Translations under genes and position numbers: made by a program
Notes under the pieces: model-generated
The model's input: only the letters and a program-made list of their open reading frames with translations
Told to the model about the DNA's origin: nothing
Databases searched by the model: none
Shown: piece after piece, positions 48,869 through 58,413 of the stretch
Layout of the letters: each line of letters starts with the position of its first letter
How positions within the stretch are numbered: the stretch's first letter is position 1
Assembly (NCBI GenBank): GCA_038870975.1
Contig: JAVZJD010000001.1
Span: forward strand, 832,001 to 896,000
Length of the DNA: 64,000 bases
Source: Candidatus Bathyarchaeia archaeon
GTDB lineage: Archaea; Thermoproteota; CALKCG01; B24
Direction: 5' to 3'

Positions 48869-49597
48869 ATGATAAGGGTTTTAATCGTTAGAAGCTATGA
48901 AGAGCTTAGTCTTGAAGCAGCGTTGAGAATTGCGGATGTCGTTAAATCTAAGCCTGATGCTGTTTTAGGTTTTGCGACGGGTAGTACTCCAATTGGATGC
49001 TATAGAGAGCTTATTCGGCTGCATAGAGTGGAGGGGTTGAGCTTTTCAAGGGTTTCAACGTTCAACTTGGATGAATATGTCGGTCTACCGCCGGGGCATC
49101 CTCAAAGCTACCACTACTATATGTTTCAAAACCTTTTCAACCATGTAGATGTTAAGAGGGAGAACATTCACATACCTAACGGATTGGCTGAAGATTTGGA
49201 GGCGGAGTGCCGTAGATATGAGGAGGCTATTAAGCAGTCTGGGGGTATAGATCTTCAGATTCTCGGAATAGGGAGGAATGGGCATATAGGTTTTAATGAG
49301 CCCGGCTCACCTTTCGACTCTAGAACGCGTGTTGTTAAGCTTTCAGATCAGACTAGGATGGATAATTCAAGGTTCTTCAAATCGTTAGATGAAGTTCCGA
49401 CGCATGCGATAACTATGGGTATTGCGACGATAATGGAGGCTAAACGTATAATCCTCCTAGCCTCTGGGGAAGCTAAGGCGGAGGCTGTAGCTAAGGCTGT
49501 TAAAGGACCTAAAACCGTTATGGTTCCAGCTTCAGCTCTAAAAGACCATCCGGACTGCCTATTCATAGTGGATAGGGAGGCGGCTTCGCTCCTCTAG
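48869..49597 (+). CDS. nagB: Glucosamine-6-phosphate deaminase (bacterial NagB type)
   Basis: LGFATGSTP, TFNLDEY.GL...HPQSY, LGIGRNGHIGFNEPG, ITMGI.TI. Confidence 0.95.
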   Translation: MIRVLIVRSYEELSLEAALRIADVVKSKPDAVLGFATGSTPIGCYRELIRLHRVEGLSFSRVSTFNLDEYVGLPPGHPQSYHYYMFQNLFNHVDVKRENIHIPNGLAEDLEAECRRYEEAIKQSGGIDLQILGIGRNGHIGFNEPGSPFDSRTRVVKLSDQTRMDNSRFFKSLDEVPTHAITMGIATIMEAKRIILLASGEAKAEAVAKAVKGPKTVMVPASALKDHPDCLFIVDREAASLL

Positions 49598-49683
49598 CAT
49601 CCGTTGAACTGTTCAACTGTAACTTTAATAACGACTCTCCATTCAGTATTAAACTCGGCGTTTAACGTTGCAAGGTGTCCGGT

Positions 49684-49947
49684 ATGAGTACATCTGGTGA
49701 AAGTCTACCTAAGCCTATAGTTAAAATCCCAAGGGCAGGCTATGGCTTTAGGGAGGGTAGGGGTTTCAGTATTGGAGAGCTTAAGGAGGCTGGTTTATCC
49801 GTCGGCAGGGCTAGAGCGCTTGGTCTTTACGTCGACTGTAGGCGTAGGAGCATTAGAAGGGATAACGTTGAAGCTTTAAAACGTTTTCTGAAGACCGTTA
49901 AGGTGAAGGCTGAAGCTTCTCAATCGGTTAAGCAGAGTGAGGGTTAA
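49684..49947 (+). CDS. rpl13e: 50S ribosomal protein L13e (short archaeal form)
   Basis: REGRGFSIGELKEAGL...AR.LG..VD.RRRS....NVEAL. Confidence 0.9.
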   Translation: MSTSGESLPKPIVKIPRAGYGFREGRGFSIGELKEAGLSVGRARALGLYVDCRRRSIRRDNVEALKRFLKTVKVKAEASQSVKQSEG

Positions 49948-49978
49948 AGCTAAAAACCTAGGTAGGTTGTAACTTCTT

Positions 49979-50911
49979 GTGGTGGTTGGTTTGGAGAGTG
50001 GGCTTTTCAAGGGGCTTATACCTGCAACAGTCCTACCCATGGATGAGAGCTTTAAGATAGATGAGGATGAGCTTAGAAGCTATATAGGATGGATTTCCAG
50101 TTTTAGAGTGAGCGGTTTAGCCGTTAACGTTGATACAGGCGAGGGTCCACATCTATACTTTGAAGAACAGCTGAGAGTTATCGAGGTGTACAGGGAAGAG
50201 GTTAAAGGACGTATACCTATAGTTGCAGGTTTATCGGCGAGGTTTACCGATGAAGCCGTTAAACACGCTAAAGCGTTTAAAGAGGCTGGTGCAGATGCCC
50301 TCCTCGTTTTTCCAATACCTGCTTACGCTGGCGACCCTCTAGACCCTGAGATTCCGTACAACTACCATAAGGCTGTCTCTGAAGCCGTCGGCATACCTCT
50401 CATAGCTTTTCAGCTTCAGAGGGCTCTTGGAGGTGTTGAATACTCTGAGCAGGCTTTGAAGAGGCTCTTCGAAGTTGAAGGCGTTGCCGCTATTAAGGAG
50501 GCGAGCTTCGACGCTAGGAAGTTTACGGAGACGCTTAGAGTGGTCTCCTCGTTGAAGAGGAAGGTCTACATGCTTACTGGTAACGACAACTTCATACTTG
50601 AGTCTTTCATCCTCGGTGCTGACGGTGCTCTACTCGGCTTTGGAACCATAGCTACGGATTTACAGGTGGAGATGATAGATAGAGTTAAACGGAGGGATTA
50701 CGATGGAGCCTTTGAAATATACAGGAGGATAAACCCCCTGGCTAATGTAATATTCATGCCTCCCGTTAGAAACTACAGAGCTAGGCTTAAAGAGGCGCTT
50801 GTAATGCTGGGTGTTTTGAAGAAAGCCTACGTTAGACCTCCTTTAACTCCGATTTCTGAAGCGGAGCGTAAAGCCGTGAGGAAAGCCCTCTTAGAGTCTG
50901 GCCTACTATGA
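49979..50911 (+). CDS. DapA/NAL-family aldolase or dehydratase
   Basis: DTGEG, GAD.LLV.P, AIKEAS, TGND, GADG; DT replaces the GTT motif, so probably not true DHDPS. Confidence 0.85.
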   Translation: MVVGLESGLFKGLIPATVLPMDESFKIDEDELRSYIGWISSFRVSGLAVNVDTGEGPHLYFEEQLRVIEVYREEVKGRIPIVAGLSARFTDEAVKHAKAFKEAGADALLVFPIPAYAGDPLDPEIPYNYHKAVSEAVGIPLIAFQLQRALGGVEYSEQALKRLFEVEGVAAIKEASFDARKFTETLRVVSSLKRKVYMLTGNDNFILESFILGADGALLGFGTIATDLQVEMIDRVKRRDYDGAFEIYRRINPLANVIFMPPVRNYRARLKEALVMLGVLKKAYVRPPLTPISEAERKAVRKALLESGLL

Positions 50912-51628
50912 TATGCCCAGCGCTTCAACCATGTATTCTACGTATTTGACTATAGATGCTACGATGGCTTTAAAAGCTTCTTCACCCTTTCTACGGCTAG
51001 CCTTAGAAGGGTCTCCCCATACACCCGTTGGAGATATTTTAAGCATAGGCAGGTAGTCCAGCATCTCCCTCTCAACATCCGGCTTATAGCCTCCAGAGGT
51101 TCCTCTAACGGCTTCAGGCTTGATGTATAAGAGTAGAGAAGTCTCCTGTTCACCAGCGTGTAGATCGTTCGGTGTTTCGAAAACCTCTCTCGCAGCGTTT
51201 GCATACGTTTGCTCTGAGATGAGTATTATCTTGAAGTCTGAGTATTCGAGGTTTAAATACCTTACGGCTGGCTTCAGGATGAAGTTTCCACCGTGCCAGC
51301 TGAAGACCACTAAGTACTTAAACCCCTCCTCCCTGAGGGAGTCGGCGATGTCTCTTAAAACCGACGTTAGGGTTTCAGGTCTAAGGTATACGGTTCCTCT
51401 GGCTCCCCTGTGCTCTGCTGAGCAGCTTACTGGAATCGTGGGTAGGAGGAATAGGTTGAGCCTTGAAGCAACTTCTCTAGCGATTTCTGAGGCTATTATA
51501 GTGTCTGTATTTAAAGGTAGATTTGCACCGTGCTGTTCTAGGCTTCCTATGGGTAGTATCGCCCCTTTAACGCCGCTTGCCTCGACATCTTTATACGTTG
51601 AATTGAAGCCTAAGGGTTTTGAATACAT
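50906..51628 (-). CDS. Creatininase/creatinine amidohydrolase family protein
   Basis: LPIGSLEQHG.NLPL.TD, S.EH, HGGN, HAGEQETS, GVWGDP..AS...G. Confidence 0.9.
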   Translation of the reverse strand: MYSKPLGFNSTYKDVEASGVKGAILPIGSLEQHGANLPLNTDTIIASEIAREVASRLNLFLLPTIPVSCSAEHRGARGTVYLRPETLTSVLRDIADSLREEGFKYLVVFSWHGGNFILKPAVRYLNLEYSDFKIILISEQTYANAAREVFETPNDLHAGEQETSLLLYIKPEAVRGTSGGYKPDVEREMLDYLPMLKISPTGVWGDPSKASRRKGEEAFKAIVASIVKYVEYMVEALGIS

Positions 51629-51689
51629 CTACTGGTAAGTTCTAGTTAAAGCTTTAAAAACCTACTCGGCTATAGTGAGGGGGGTTTTC

Positions 51690-52664
51690 ATGCGGTTTGG
51701 AGTAGCGCCTATTCAATGGGACTGGTATTGGGATTGGACGGTTGAAGAGGTTTTAACGGCTGAGAAGCTTGGCTTCGACTCTATCTGGATTCTAGAGCAT
51801 CATGGGAGGGAGGATATGTACTATCCCTCTCCTCTTGTGGCATTAGCAGGCTTAGCCTCTGCGACTAAACGTGTAGAGCTTGGCTCTTGCGTCTTAATAC
51901 TACCCCTCTACCATCCTGTTCACGTGGCTGAGGATGCTGCAATGGTCGATGTAATATCCGGTGGAAGGTTGATATTAGGCGTGGGCTTAGGCTATAGGAG
52001 GGAGGAGTATGAACTCTTCCAGGTTTCTATGAAGGATAGGGGTAGACGTATGACTGAATCTTTAACCTTGATTGAGAAGCTCTGGACTGAGCCTGTTGTA
52101 GATTTTAAGGGTCGGTTCTTCCAGGTTAGAGGTTTCTCACTACAGCCTAAGCCTTTGAGGAAGCCCCATCCCCCCATCTGGGTTGGAGGTTGGAGTATTC
52201 AAGCTTTAAAGAGGGCTGCGGAGCTTGGCGATGCGTGGTTTATAGGCCCAGTGGGGGCGCTTCAAGACGTTAAGAACAGCTACCTAGCGTATGTGAATGC
52301 TTTGAAAAGCCTCGGTAAGAAGCTCGGTAGGCTTCCGCTTGTTAGAGAGGTCTACGTGGCTGAGGATTCCGGTGAAGCCTATGAGAAGGCTTTAAAGTAC
52401 ATAGGTGGTATGTATTTCAAGGACTATGCTTCATGGGGTCATCTGCTCGTCAGAGGCGTTGAAAGATTTGAAGACGTGGCTAGGGATAGGTTTATCGTGG
52501 GAAATCCAGATGAATGCATCTCTCAAATAGAGAGGTTTACCAGGGAGCTTGAGATAACCGATTTAATATTCAGAGTACACTACCCAGGCATGAGTCTTGA
52601 GGAGGGTTTAAAACTCATACGGCTGATAGGTGGGAGGATTAAACCCTACTTCGAGGAGAGCTGA
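51690..52664 (+). CDS. Luciferase-like (LLM) flavin/F420-dependent oxidoreductase
   Basis: AEKLGFDSIW..EHH, HPV.VAE..A.VD.ISGGRL.LG.G.GY, PPIW.GG. Confidence 0.9.
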   Translation: MRFGVAPIQWDWYWDWTVEEVLTAEKLGFDSIWILEHHGREDMYYPSPLVALAGLASATKRVELGSCVLILPLYHPVHVAEDAAMVDVISGGRLILGVGLGYRREEYELFQVSMKDRGRRMTESLTLIEKLWTEPVVDFKGRFFQVRGFSLQPKPLRKPHPPIWVGGWSIQALKRAAELGDAWFIGPVGALQDVKNSYLAYVNALKSLGKKLGRLPLVREVYVAEDSGEAYEKALKYIGGMYFKDYASWGHLLVRGVERFEDVARDRFIVGNPDECISQIERFTRELEITDLIFRVHYPGMSLEEGLKLIRLIGGRIKPYFEES

Positions 52665-53412
52665 AAAGTTAAGAGTTGCGTCGAAGTATTATTATGATGT
52701 GGACTACGTATCCAGCCGAGCCGTGCTTGGAAGGGTTCTACTGGAAGGCTTAAACGTAATACTGGGTCCTTCAAACATCGGAGACTGGTCTATAATAGGC
52801 TATGGGGCTGTCTTAGGCTATCCATCTAGGGCTGTTTTAAAGAGTCTAGTGGGTAGAGCAATAGGCTTGGAGCACTACGACGACGAAAGCAGCGGTTGCA
52901 CTATAGGTGAGAATTGTATAATAAGACCCTACACAGTGGTGTATGAGAAGTCTAGGCTTGGAAACCGTGTTGAAACAGGCCACTTCGTCATGATAAGGGA
53001 GAACGTTACAATAGGCGATGAAACGGTCGTAGGCTCCCGTACTGTTGTCGATGGAGATGCATCGATAGGCTCTAAGTGTAGAATACAAACAGGATGCTAC
53101 ATACCCCCTAAGACGGTTATAGGCGATGGGGTTTTCCTAGGACCCATGGTGAATATACTCAACGATAAGTATCCTCCGAGTGGAAGACTCTCAGGTGTAC
53201 GTATAGATGATGGGGCTATAGTAGGAGCGGGAGCAGTAATAATGCCCGGCGTAGTAGTTGGACGGGAGGCTGTTGTCGCAGCAGGCTCTCTAGTAACTAG
53301 GGATGTAGACGCTGAGACTGTTGTTAAAGGTTTTCCAGCTAAACCCGTATACACTAGGAGGGAGTATGAGGCTAAAAGGGAGAAGTATCTAAAGGAGTTT
53401 CAGCGGATGTGA
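52630..53412 (+). CDS. Hexapeptide-repeat (left-handed beta-helix) N-acetyltransferase; start probably 10-20 codons downstream
   Basis: Repeated [IV]G..... hexapeptides, NDKYP, GAGA..MPGV.VG..A.VAAGS.VT.DV, G.PA. Confidence 0.85.
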   Translation: MGGLNPTSRRAEKLRVASKYYYDVDYVSSRAVLGRVLLEGLNVILGPSNIGDWSIIGYGAVLGYPSRAVLKSLVGRAIGLEHYDDESSGCTIGENCIIRPYTVVYEKSRLGNRVETGHFVMIRENVTIGDETVVGSRTVVDGDASIGSKCRIQTGCYIPPKTVIGDGVFLGPMVNILNDKYPPSGRLSGVRIDDGAIVGAGAVIMPGVVVGREAVVAAGSLVTRDVDAETVVKGFPAKPVYTRREYEAKREKYLKEFQRM

Positions 53413-53543
53413 GGCTTTTAGGGTGGTCTTGAAGAGGGATAAGCCCTTGTAACGAATACTATGCTTAGCCTTCAGCCTTCATTGAAGCGTATGGGATAAG
53501 ACTTAAAAACCCTATAGATATATAAATAGTATTCTGATTTCAC

Positions 53544-53897
53544 TTGATCGGCTATTACGAGCTTAAACTCTGCTGAGTTAAAGGGGTTAGAAATGGAAAC
53601 CTCAGGAGGCTTACAAGCCTTCAGAAGTCGTATTATAGGGCTTGCCTTATCTTCGCGAGGAGGGTTGGCCGCATAGTGAGCGTCTTCGTCGTCTCTAGGC
53701 TTAAAGCTATTATGAATGTTCTGGTTGAAAGCCCTAAGGCTTCAGCCTTAGAGGCTGGTTTAAAAAGGGTTTATGAGATACTTTCAAGCCGGGTTTTAAA
53801 ATGGGCTCCTCAGGTTAAAGAGTGGCTTAGGGAGGAGTCCTTCATACTATACCTAGGGTTTATGGAGATGAACAATTTAGTATACTTCAAGTCTTAA
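53544..53897 (+). pseudogene. Conserved archaeal hypothetical protein with one in-frame TGA (53574-53576)
   Basis: TTG 53544: MIGYYELKLC*VKGVRNGNLRRLTSLQKSYYRACLIFARRVGRIV... continues in frame into the listed ORF 53676-53897 (...WAPQVKEWL....ILYLG). Confidence 0.65.
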
Positions 53898-53910
53898 GGA
53901 GGAGACGTGC

Positions 53911-54168
53911 ATGAGTAGAGATCAAGCTGTTGGAGCACTAATATGCGTTGGGAGTGTTTTAGGCATACTGGCGTATGGGTGGCTTTTATTCGCATCCGAA
54001 TGGGCTATGCTAGTGTTACAGTTGACGGGCTTCATAGCCGTAGCCGCCGTATTGGGCATACTATCCTGGATAGGTTATACGCTTGCGACTACACCCCCGC
54101 CTAAGCCCATAGAGGAAGTAGAGAAAGAGCTTGAGAAAGCCGAGGAAAAGGTAGAAGAGAAGACTTAA
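53911..54168 (+). CDS. Small two-TM membrane protein (WIGYTLATTPPPKP family; DPM2-like)
   Basis: GGAGG RBS upstream; two TM helices followed by a charged tail. Confidence 0.8.
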   Translation: MSRDQAVGALICVGSVLGILAYGWLLFASEWAMLVLQLTGFIAVAAVLGILSWIGYTLATTPPPKPIEEVEKELEKAEEKVEEKT

Positions 54169-54185
54169 GAGTAGTTGGCTTATCG

Positions 54186-54401
54186 TTGAGGAAGTGTAAG
54201 CCCTCTATATGTTTAAAGGTTAAAGGTAGGGATGTAACACCATATGTATCTAATCGTTTGAAGAGCTACCTTAGGGAGAACTGGGGTGCGCCATTCATAG
54301 TGGCTTTCATGGTAATGCTTATGGCGGCCGCTGGATACCTATGGTACGGCTTAGAGGCTGTAGCCAACGATATAGCCGTATATGCGTACTAAAGCCTAGT
54401 G
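54186..54401 (+). pseudogene. Small membrane protein (RENWGAPFI...AN..AVYAY family), truncated
   Basis: Reads ...IAVYAY*SLV; the stop falls within the second hydrophobic helix and similarity ends right after. Confidence 0.5.
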
Positions 54402-54445
54402 GACAGGCTTTTTGAAGTGGAGAAGCCCATAGAGGCGAAGCCCAG

Positions 54446-55402
54446 GTGAAGAGCCTAGTCACGGGCGGCGCGGGTTTCATAGGTAGCCACCTAGTGGATA
54501 GGCTTATGCATGAGGGCTATAGCGTAACGGTTGTAGATAATTTAAGCTCCGGATGCTTGGAGAACGTCAAGGGTTGGATCGGCGGTTCGAGGTTTAAGTT
54601 TGTAAGGGGAGACCTGAAGAAGCGTGGAAAGTGGGTTGGGGAGTTTAAGGGCGTAGACGTTGTCTTCCACTACGCAGCCAATCCTGAGGTTAGAGTAAGC
54701 GTTACAGACCCTAGGATACACTTCGAGGAGAATCTTCAAGCGACTTTTAACGTACTTGAGGTGTGTAGGAATTTTAAAATACCATATTTTGTATTCGCAT
54801 CTACTAGCACGGTTTACGGTGATGCCGAGCGGATACCTACGCCCGAGGACTATACGCCTTTAAAGCCCGTGTCGGTCTATGGGGCTGTTAAACTTTCATG
54901 TGAAACGTTTATTCAGACTTATTCTAGGCTTTACGGCTTGAAGAGCCTGATTTTAAGGTATGCAAATGTAGTCGGAGCTAGGTCTAAGCACGGAGTTTTA
55001 GTGGACTTCGTTGAAAAGCTTAGGTCAAATCCTAAGAGGCTTGAAATTCTAGGCGATGGTCTTCAGAGGAAGAGCTATCTACATGTTGAAGAAGCCGTAG
55101 ATGCCACTTTAAAAGCCTTAGACTATACGTTTAACTCCGACGGGTTTGAAGAAGTATTCAACGTGGGCTCAGAAGACTGGATCACCGTGAGGGAGATAGC
55201 GGATATCGTCGTCGAAGCTATGGGTCTTAAAAACGTTGAATACGTGTATAAGCCCGCTACAAGCGACGGTAGGGGCTGGCTTGGAGACGTTAAACTCATG
55301 CTACTGGACATAAGCAAACTTAAGAAGGCTACGGGTTGGAGTCCTAGATTAAACTCAAGAGAGGCAATGAAACTCGCAATTAAAGACTATCGCAAGGAAT
55401 GA
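54446..55402 (+). CDS. galE: NAD-dependent epimerase/dehydratase (UDP-glucose 4-epimerase-like)
   Basis: GGAGFIG, AANPEV, STSTVYG, YGAVK, RYANVVG, GDG.Q.KSY. Confidence 0.85.
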   Translation: MKSLVTGGAGFIGSHLVDRLMHEGYSVTVVDNLSSGCLENVKGWIGGSRFKFVRGDLKKRGKWVGEFKGVDVVFHYAANPEVRVSVTDPRIHFEENLQATFNVLEVCRNFKIPYFVFASTSTVYGDAERIPTPEDYTPLKPVSVYGAVKLSCETFIQTYSRLYGLKSLILRYANVVGARSKHGVLVDFVEKLRSNPKRLEILGDGLQRKSYLHVEEAVDATLKALDYTFNSDGFEEVFNVGSEDWITVREIADIVVEAMGLKNVEYVYKPATSDGRGWLGDVKLMLLDISKLKKATGWSPRLNSREAMKLAIKDYRKE

Positions 55403-55409
55403 CTCGGGT

Positions 55410-56149
55410 GTGAGCTACGGTAGAATTCTCGTGACAGGCGGAGCGGGGTTCATAGGTAGCAATTTGGTAGACGCGTTAGTAGAGAAGGGCTTCTCCGTTG
55501 TCGTTTTGGATAATTTCTCAAGGGGTAGAATGGAGAATTTAAAGCACCATCTAGGAAGTAGAGGCTTCCGTCTGATTAAAGGCGACATCCGAGACGGGTT
55601 AGTAGTGAAAGAGGCTTTAAAGGGTGTGGAGGCGGTCTTCCATTTAGCTGCTATCGTAAGCGTACCATACTCCATAGAAAATCCGCATGTTACGCGTGAA
55701 GTAAACGTAGATGGGACTAGGAGGCTTTTAGAGTCCTGTTTAAACGGTGAAGTGAAGAAGATTATTTATGCTTCAACTTGTGCGGTTTATGGGGAGGCTG
55801 ATCATCTTCCGATAGATGAGAGACATCCCACTAAGCCCATTTCGCCCTACGCCGAGAGTAGGCTTGAAGCTGAAAACCTATGTAAAACTTTTGGGGAAAA
55901 AATACGGGTTTAAGCCATGGTGCTCGCATTAAACAATGGCTCCGTCGCCGGGACGTTTAACATAGGTAGCGGCTTACCTACGACGATAAACGATTTGGCT
56001 AGGCTTTTAAGGGCATCGAACCCATTTACCGAGAGGCTAGACCCGGCGACGCAGACATACGCCTAGCACAAAATGTATTGAAATTTAATCCGAGCGTCAG
56101 CCTCAAAGAGGGGCTATCGAACTTATTGTCGCAAAATAATAGCCTGTGA
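55410..56149 (+). pseudogene. Degenerate NAD-dependent epimerase
   Basis: GGAGFIG intact, but catalytic YxxxK reads YAESR; frameshift in the A-run near 55896; the RYFNVYG...RDF segment is missing; remnants GTFNIGSG.PTTINDLA, ARPGD and SLKEGL follow in shifting frames. Confidence 0.8.
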
Positions 56150-56191
56150 ATGTTTTCCAAAATGATGAGAGTAAACGACTGAAGATTAATC

Positions 56192-57097
56192 ATGGAAAGT
56201 AGACTTAAGATAATAGCCTGCATACCGGCCTATAATGAAGAAAGAATGATAGCGAGCGTTGTACTGAAGACTATGAAGTACGTGAACAAGGTAATCGTTT
56301 GCGACGATGGATCAGAAGATTTGACTGGAGAAATAGCCAAGAGGCTTGGGGCTGAAGTGGTAAGGCATGAAAGGAATATGGGTAAAGGTATTGCTCTAAT
56401 GGACCTATTTACTGAAGCTAAGAAATTTAACCCTGACATAATAATTACGCTTGATGCTGATGGCCAGCACAATCCAGATGATGTACCAAGATTGATTAAA
56501 CCGATAGTAGAAGGGGTTGCCGACATCGTGATAGGGTCGAGGTTCGTAAAGGGTGGGGAAATCAATGCCCCTTTATATAGGAGATTCGGCTTAAAATTCA
56601 TAAACTTCCTAGGTAGAAAATTGATAAAATCAGACGTGAGAGATACCCAAACTGGTTTTAGAGCTTTTACACTTAAAGCATTAAATGAATTAGAGTCTAT
56701 GGAATCAAGGGGATACGGTGTTGAAACCGAGCAATTGATGTTAGCAAAAAAGAAGGGGTTAAGAATAGTTGAAGTTCCAGTAACGATAAGGTATAAGGGC
56801 TTAGAGAAGACTTCTAAAAAATCTCCATTTTTGCAAGCACAGGACATAGTTACAACTATCCTAAGGCTTTTCATAGAAGAACATCCACTACGTTACCTGG
56901 GCATACCTGGAGTAGCGTTGATAATTTTAACGGTAATATCGGGAACATACTTGTTGTTAATGTTCAACGCAACAAGGTACTTTAGCATACCAATAGCGTT
57001 GATAACTTTAGCTGCATTATTTACCGGAATGATGCTATTAATTACAGCGATAATTCTATACGCTATGACGAGATTGATGAAGAGGAAGCAACTTTAA
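56192..57097 (+). CDS. GT2 glycosyltransferase (DPM1/polyprenol-phosphate glycosyltransferase-like) with two C-terminal TM helices
   Basis: IPAYNEE, DDGSED, GKG.A, DADGQH, GSRF, DTQTGFRA. Confidence 0.9.
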   Translation: MESRLKIIACIPAYNEERMIASVVLKTMKYVNKVIVCDDGSEDLTGEIAKRLGAEVVRHERNMGKGIALMDLFTEAKKFNPDIIITLDADGQHNPDDVPRLIKPIVEGVADIVIGSRFVKGGEINAPLYRRFGLKFINFLGRKLIKSDVRDTQTGFRAFTLKALNELESMESRGYGVETEQLMLAKKKGLRIVEVPVTIRYKGLEKTSKKSPFLQAQDIVTTILRLFIEEHPLRYLGIPGVALIILTVISGTYLLLMFNATRYFSIPIALITLAALFTGMMLLITAIILYAMTRLMKRKQL

Positions 57098-57314
57098 TTG
57101 AGATAAGAAGTAAAAGGGTGTCAATTACCATAAGTTGGAATAAAAATCGTTGTAAAAAGCTCAAAGTCTTCCAGAAGAAATAGACATATAATACTCTGAC
57201 GTTAGATGATGAAGGCTTACAAGACCTGAGGCGATGAAGATAAATAACATACACATTACGATACGTGAATTCACGAAAGCCATATGTTGACAGCACGAGC
57301 GTAGTTACTCCAAA

Positions 57315-58397
57315 ATGAATGTCGCAGTAGTCTTAGGGACTAGGCCGGAGATAATAAAGATGTCTCCGATTATAAGGGAGCTTGAGAGAAGGGGTGTAGA
57401 TTTCTTCATATTGCATACGGGTCAACATTACTCCTACAACATGGATGAAGTATTCTTCGAGCAACTGAAGCTGCCTCAGCCGAAGTACAATCTTAAGGTC
57501 GGTTCAGGTAGTCATGGTGAGCAGACTGGGAAGATGCTTATTGAAGTGGAAAAAGTACTTTTAATGGGGCAACCGGATGTAGTTTTAGTGCAGGGCGATA
57601 CGAATACGACTCTGGCTGGCGCTCTTGCAGCGTCTAAGATTCGTATAGAGATTGGTCATGTGGAGGCTGGTTTGAGGAGCTTTGATAGGGAGATGCCTGA
57701 GGAGATAAATAGGCTTTTAGTAGACCATCTCTCAGACTTCCTATTCGCACCGACTGAGAAAGCCCGTCAAAATCTCCTAAGTGAGGGGATCGATGGAAAT
57801 AGGATTCATGTGACTGGGAATACTGTAGTAGATGCCGTATATCAAAACCTCGAATTGGCGAAGCAGAGCGATGTTCTCTCCAAGTTTGACTTGAAGAGTA
57901 ACGGATACTTCCTGCTGACTCTACATAGGCAGGAGAACGTCGATAGGAGGGATAGACTGAAGAGCATATTGAAAGGAGTCGAACTAGCGTCTAGGAAGTT
58001 TGACCTACCAGTGGTGTATCCCATACATCCGCGCACATTGAAAATGCTTGAGCAGTTCCAGTTGAAAGTTGGAGAAGGACTGTTGGTGATCGATCCACTA
58101 GATTATCTGAGCTTTCTCAAGCTTGAGAGTGAGGCCAGACTTATACTCACTGACTCGGGTGGAGTGCAGGAGGAGGCTTGCATATTGAAGGTACCTTGTG
58201 TAACATTGAGGTATAACACCGAGAGGCCTGAGACGCTGGAGGTTGGTTCAAACGTCTTAGCTGGTACTGAGCCAGAGTCTATAGTTGAGAAAGTAGGTTT
58301 AATGCTCAACAAGGAGAGAAAATGGTCGAATCCATTTGGGGATGGCTACGCCTCTCAGCGCATAGTCAGCATAATATGTAACTACTGTTTTGCTTAA
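57315..58397 (+). CDS. wecB: UDP-N-acetylglucosamine 2-epimerase (non-hydrolysing)
   Basis: GTRPEIIK, HTGQHY, QGDTNT, HVEAGLRS, PEEINR, HRQEN, TDSGG.QEEA, TERPE, FGDG.AS. Confidence 0.95.
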   Translation: MNVAVVLGTRPEIIKMSPIIRELERRGVDFFILHTGQHYSYNMDEVFFEQLKLPQPKYNLKVGSGSHGEQTGKMLIEVEKVLLMGQPDVVLVQGDTNTTLAGALAASKIRIEIGHVEAGLRSFDREMPEEINRLLVDHLSDFLFAPTEKARQNLLSEGIDGNRIHVTGNTVVDAVYQNLELAKQSDVLSKFDLKSNGYFLLTLHRQENVDRRDRLKSILKGVELASRKFDLPVVYPIHPRTLKMLEQFQLKVGEGLLVIDPLDYLSFLKLESEARLILTDSGGVQEEACILKVPCVTLRYNTERPETLEVGSNVLAGTEPESIVEKVGLMLNKERKWSNPFGDGYASQRIVSIICNYCFA

Positions 58398-58413
58398 CGT
58401 AGGTGTTGGATGA

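Noticed and set aside
53574-53576. Selenocysteine readthrough of the TGA in the C-*-V context
   Set aside because: No redox-type fold and no SECIS-like hairpin seen; a TGG-to-TGA nonsense change fits better amid neighbouring pseudogenes.
57196-57240. C/D-box-like string ATGATGA...CTGA
   Set aside because: No convincing complete four-box arrangement; the same bases read as a decayed coding remnant (LTLDDEGLQDLRR).
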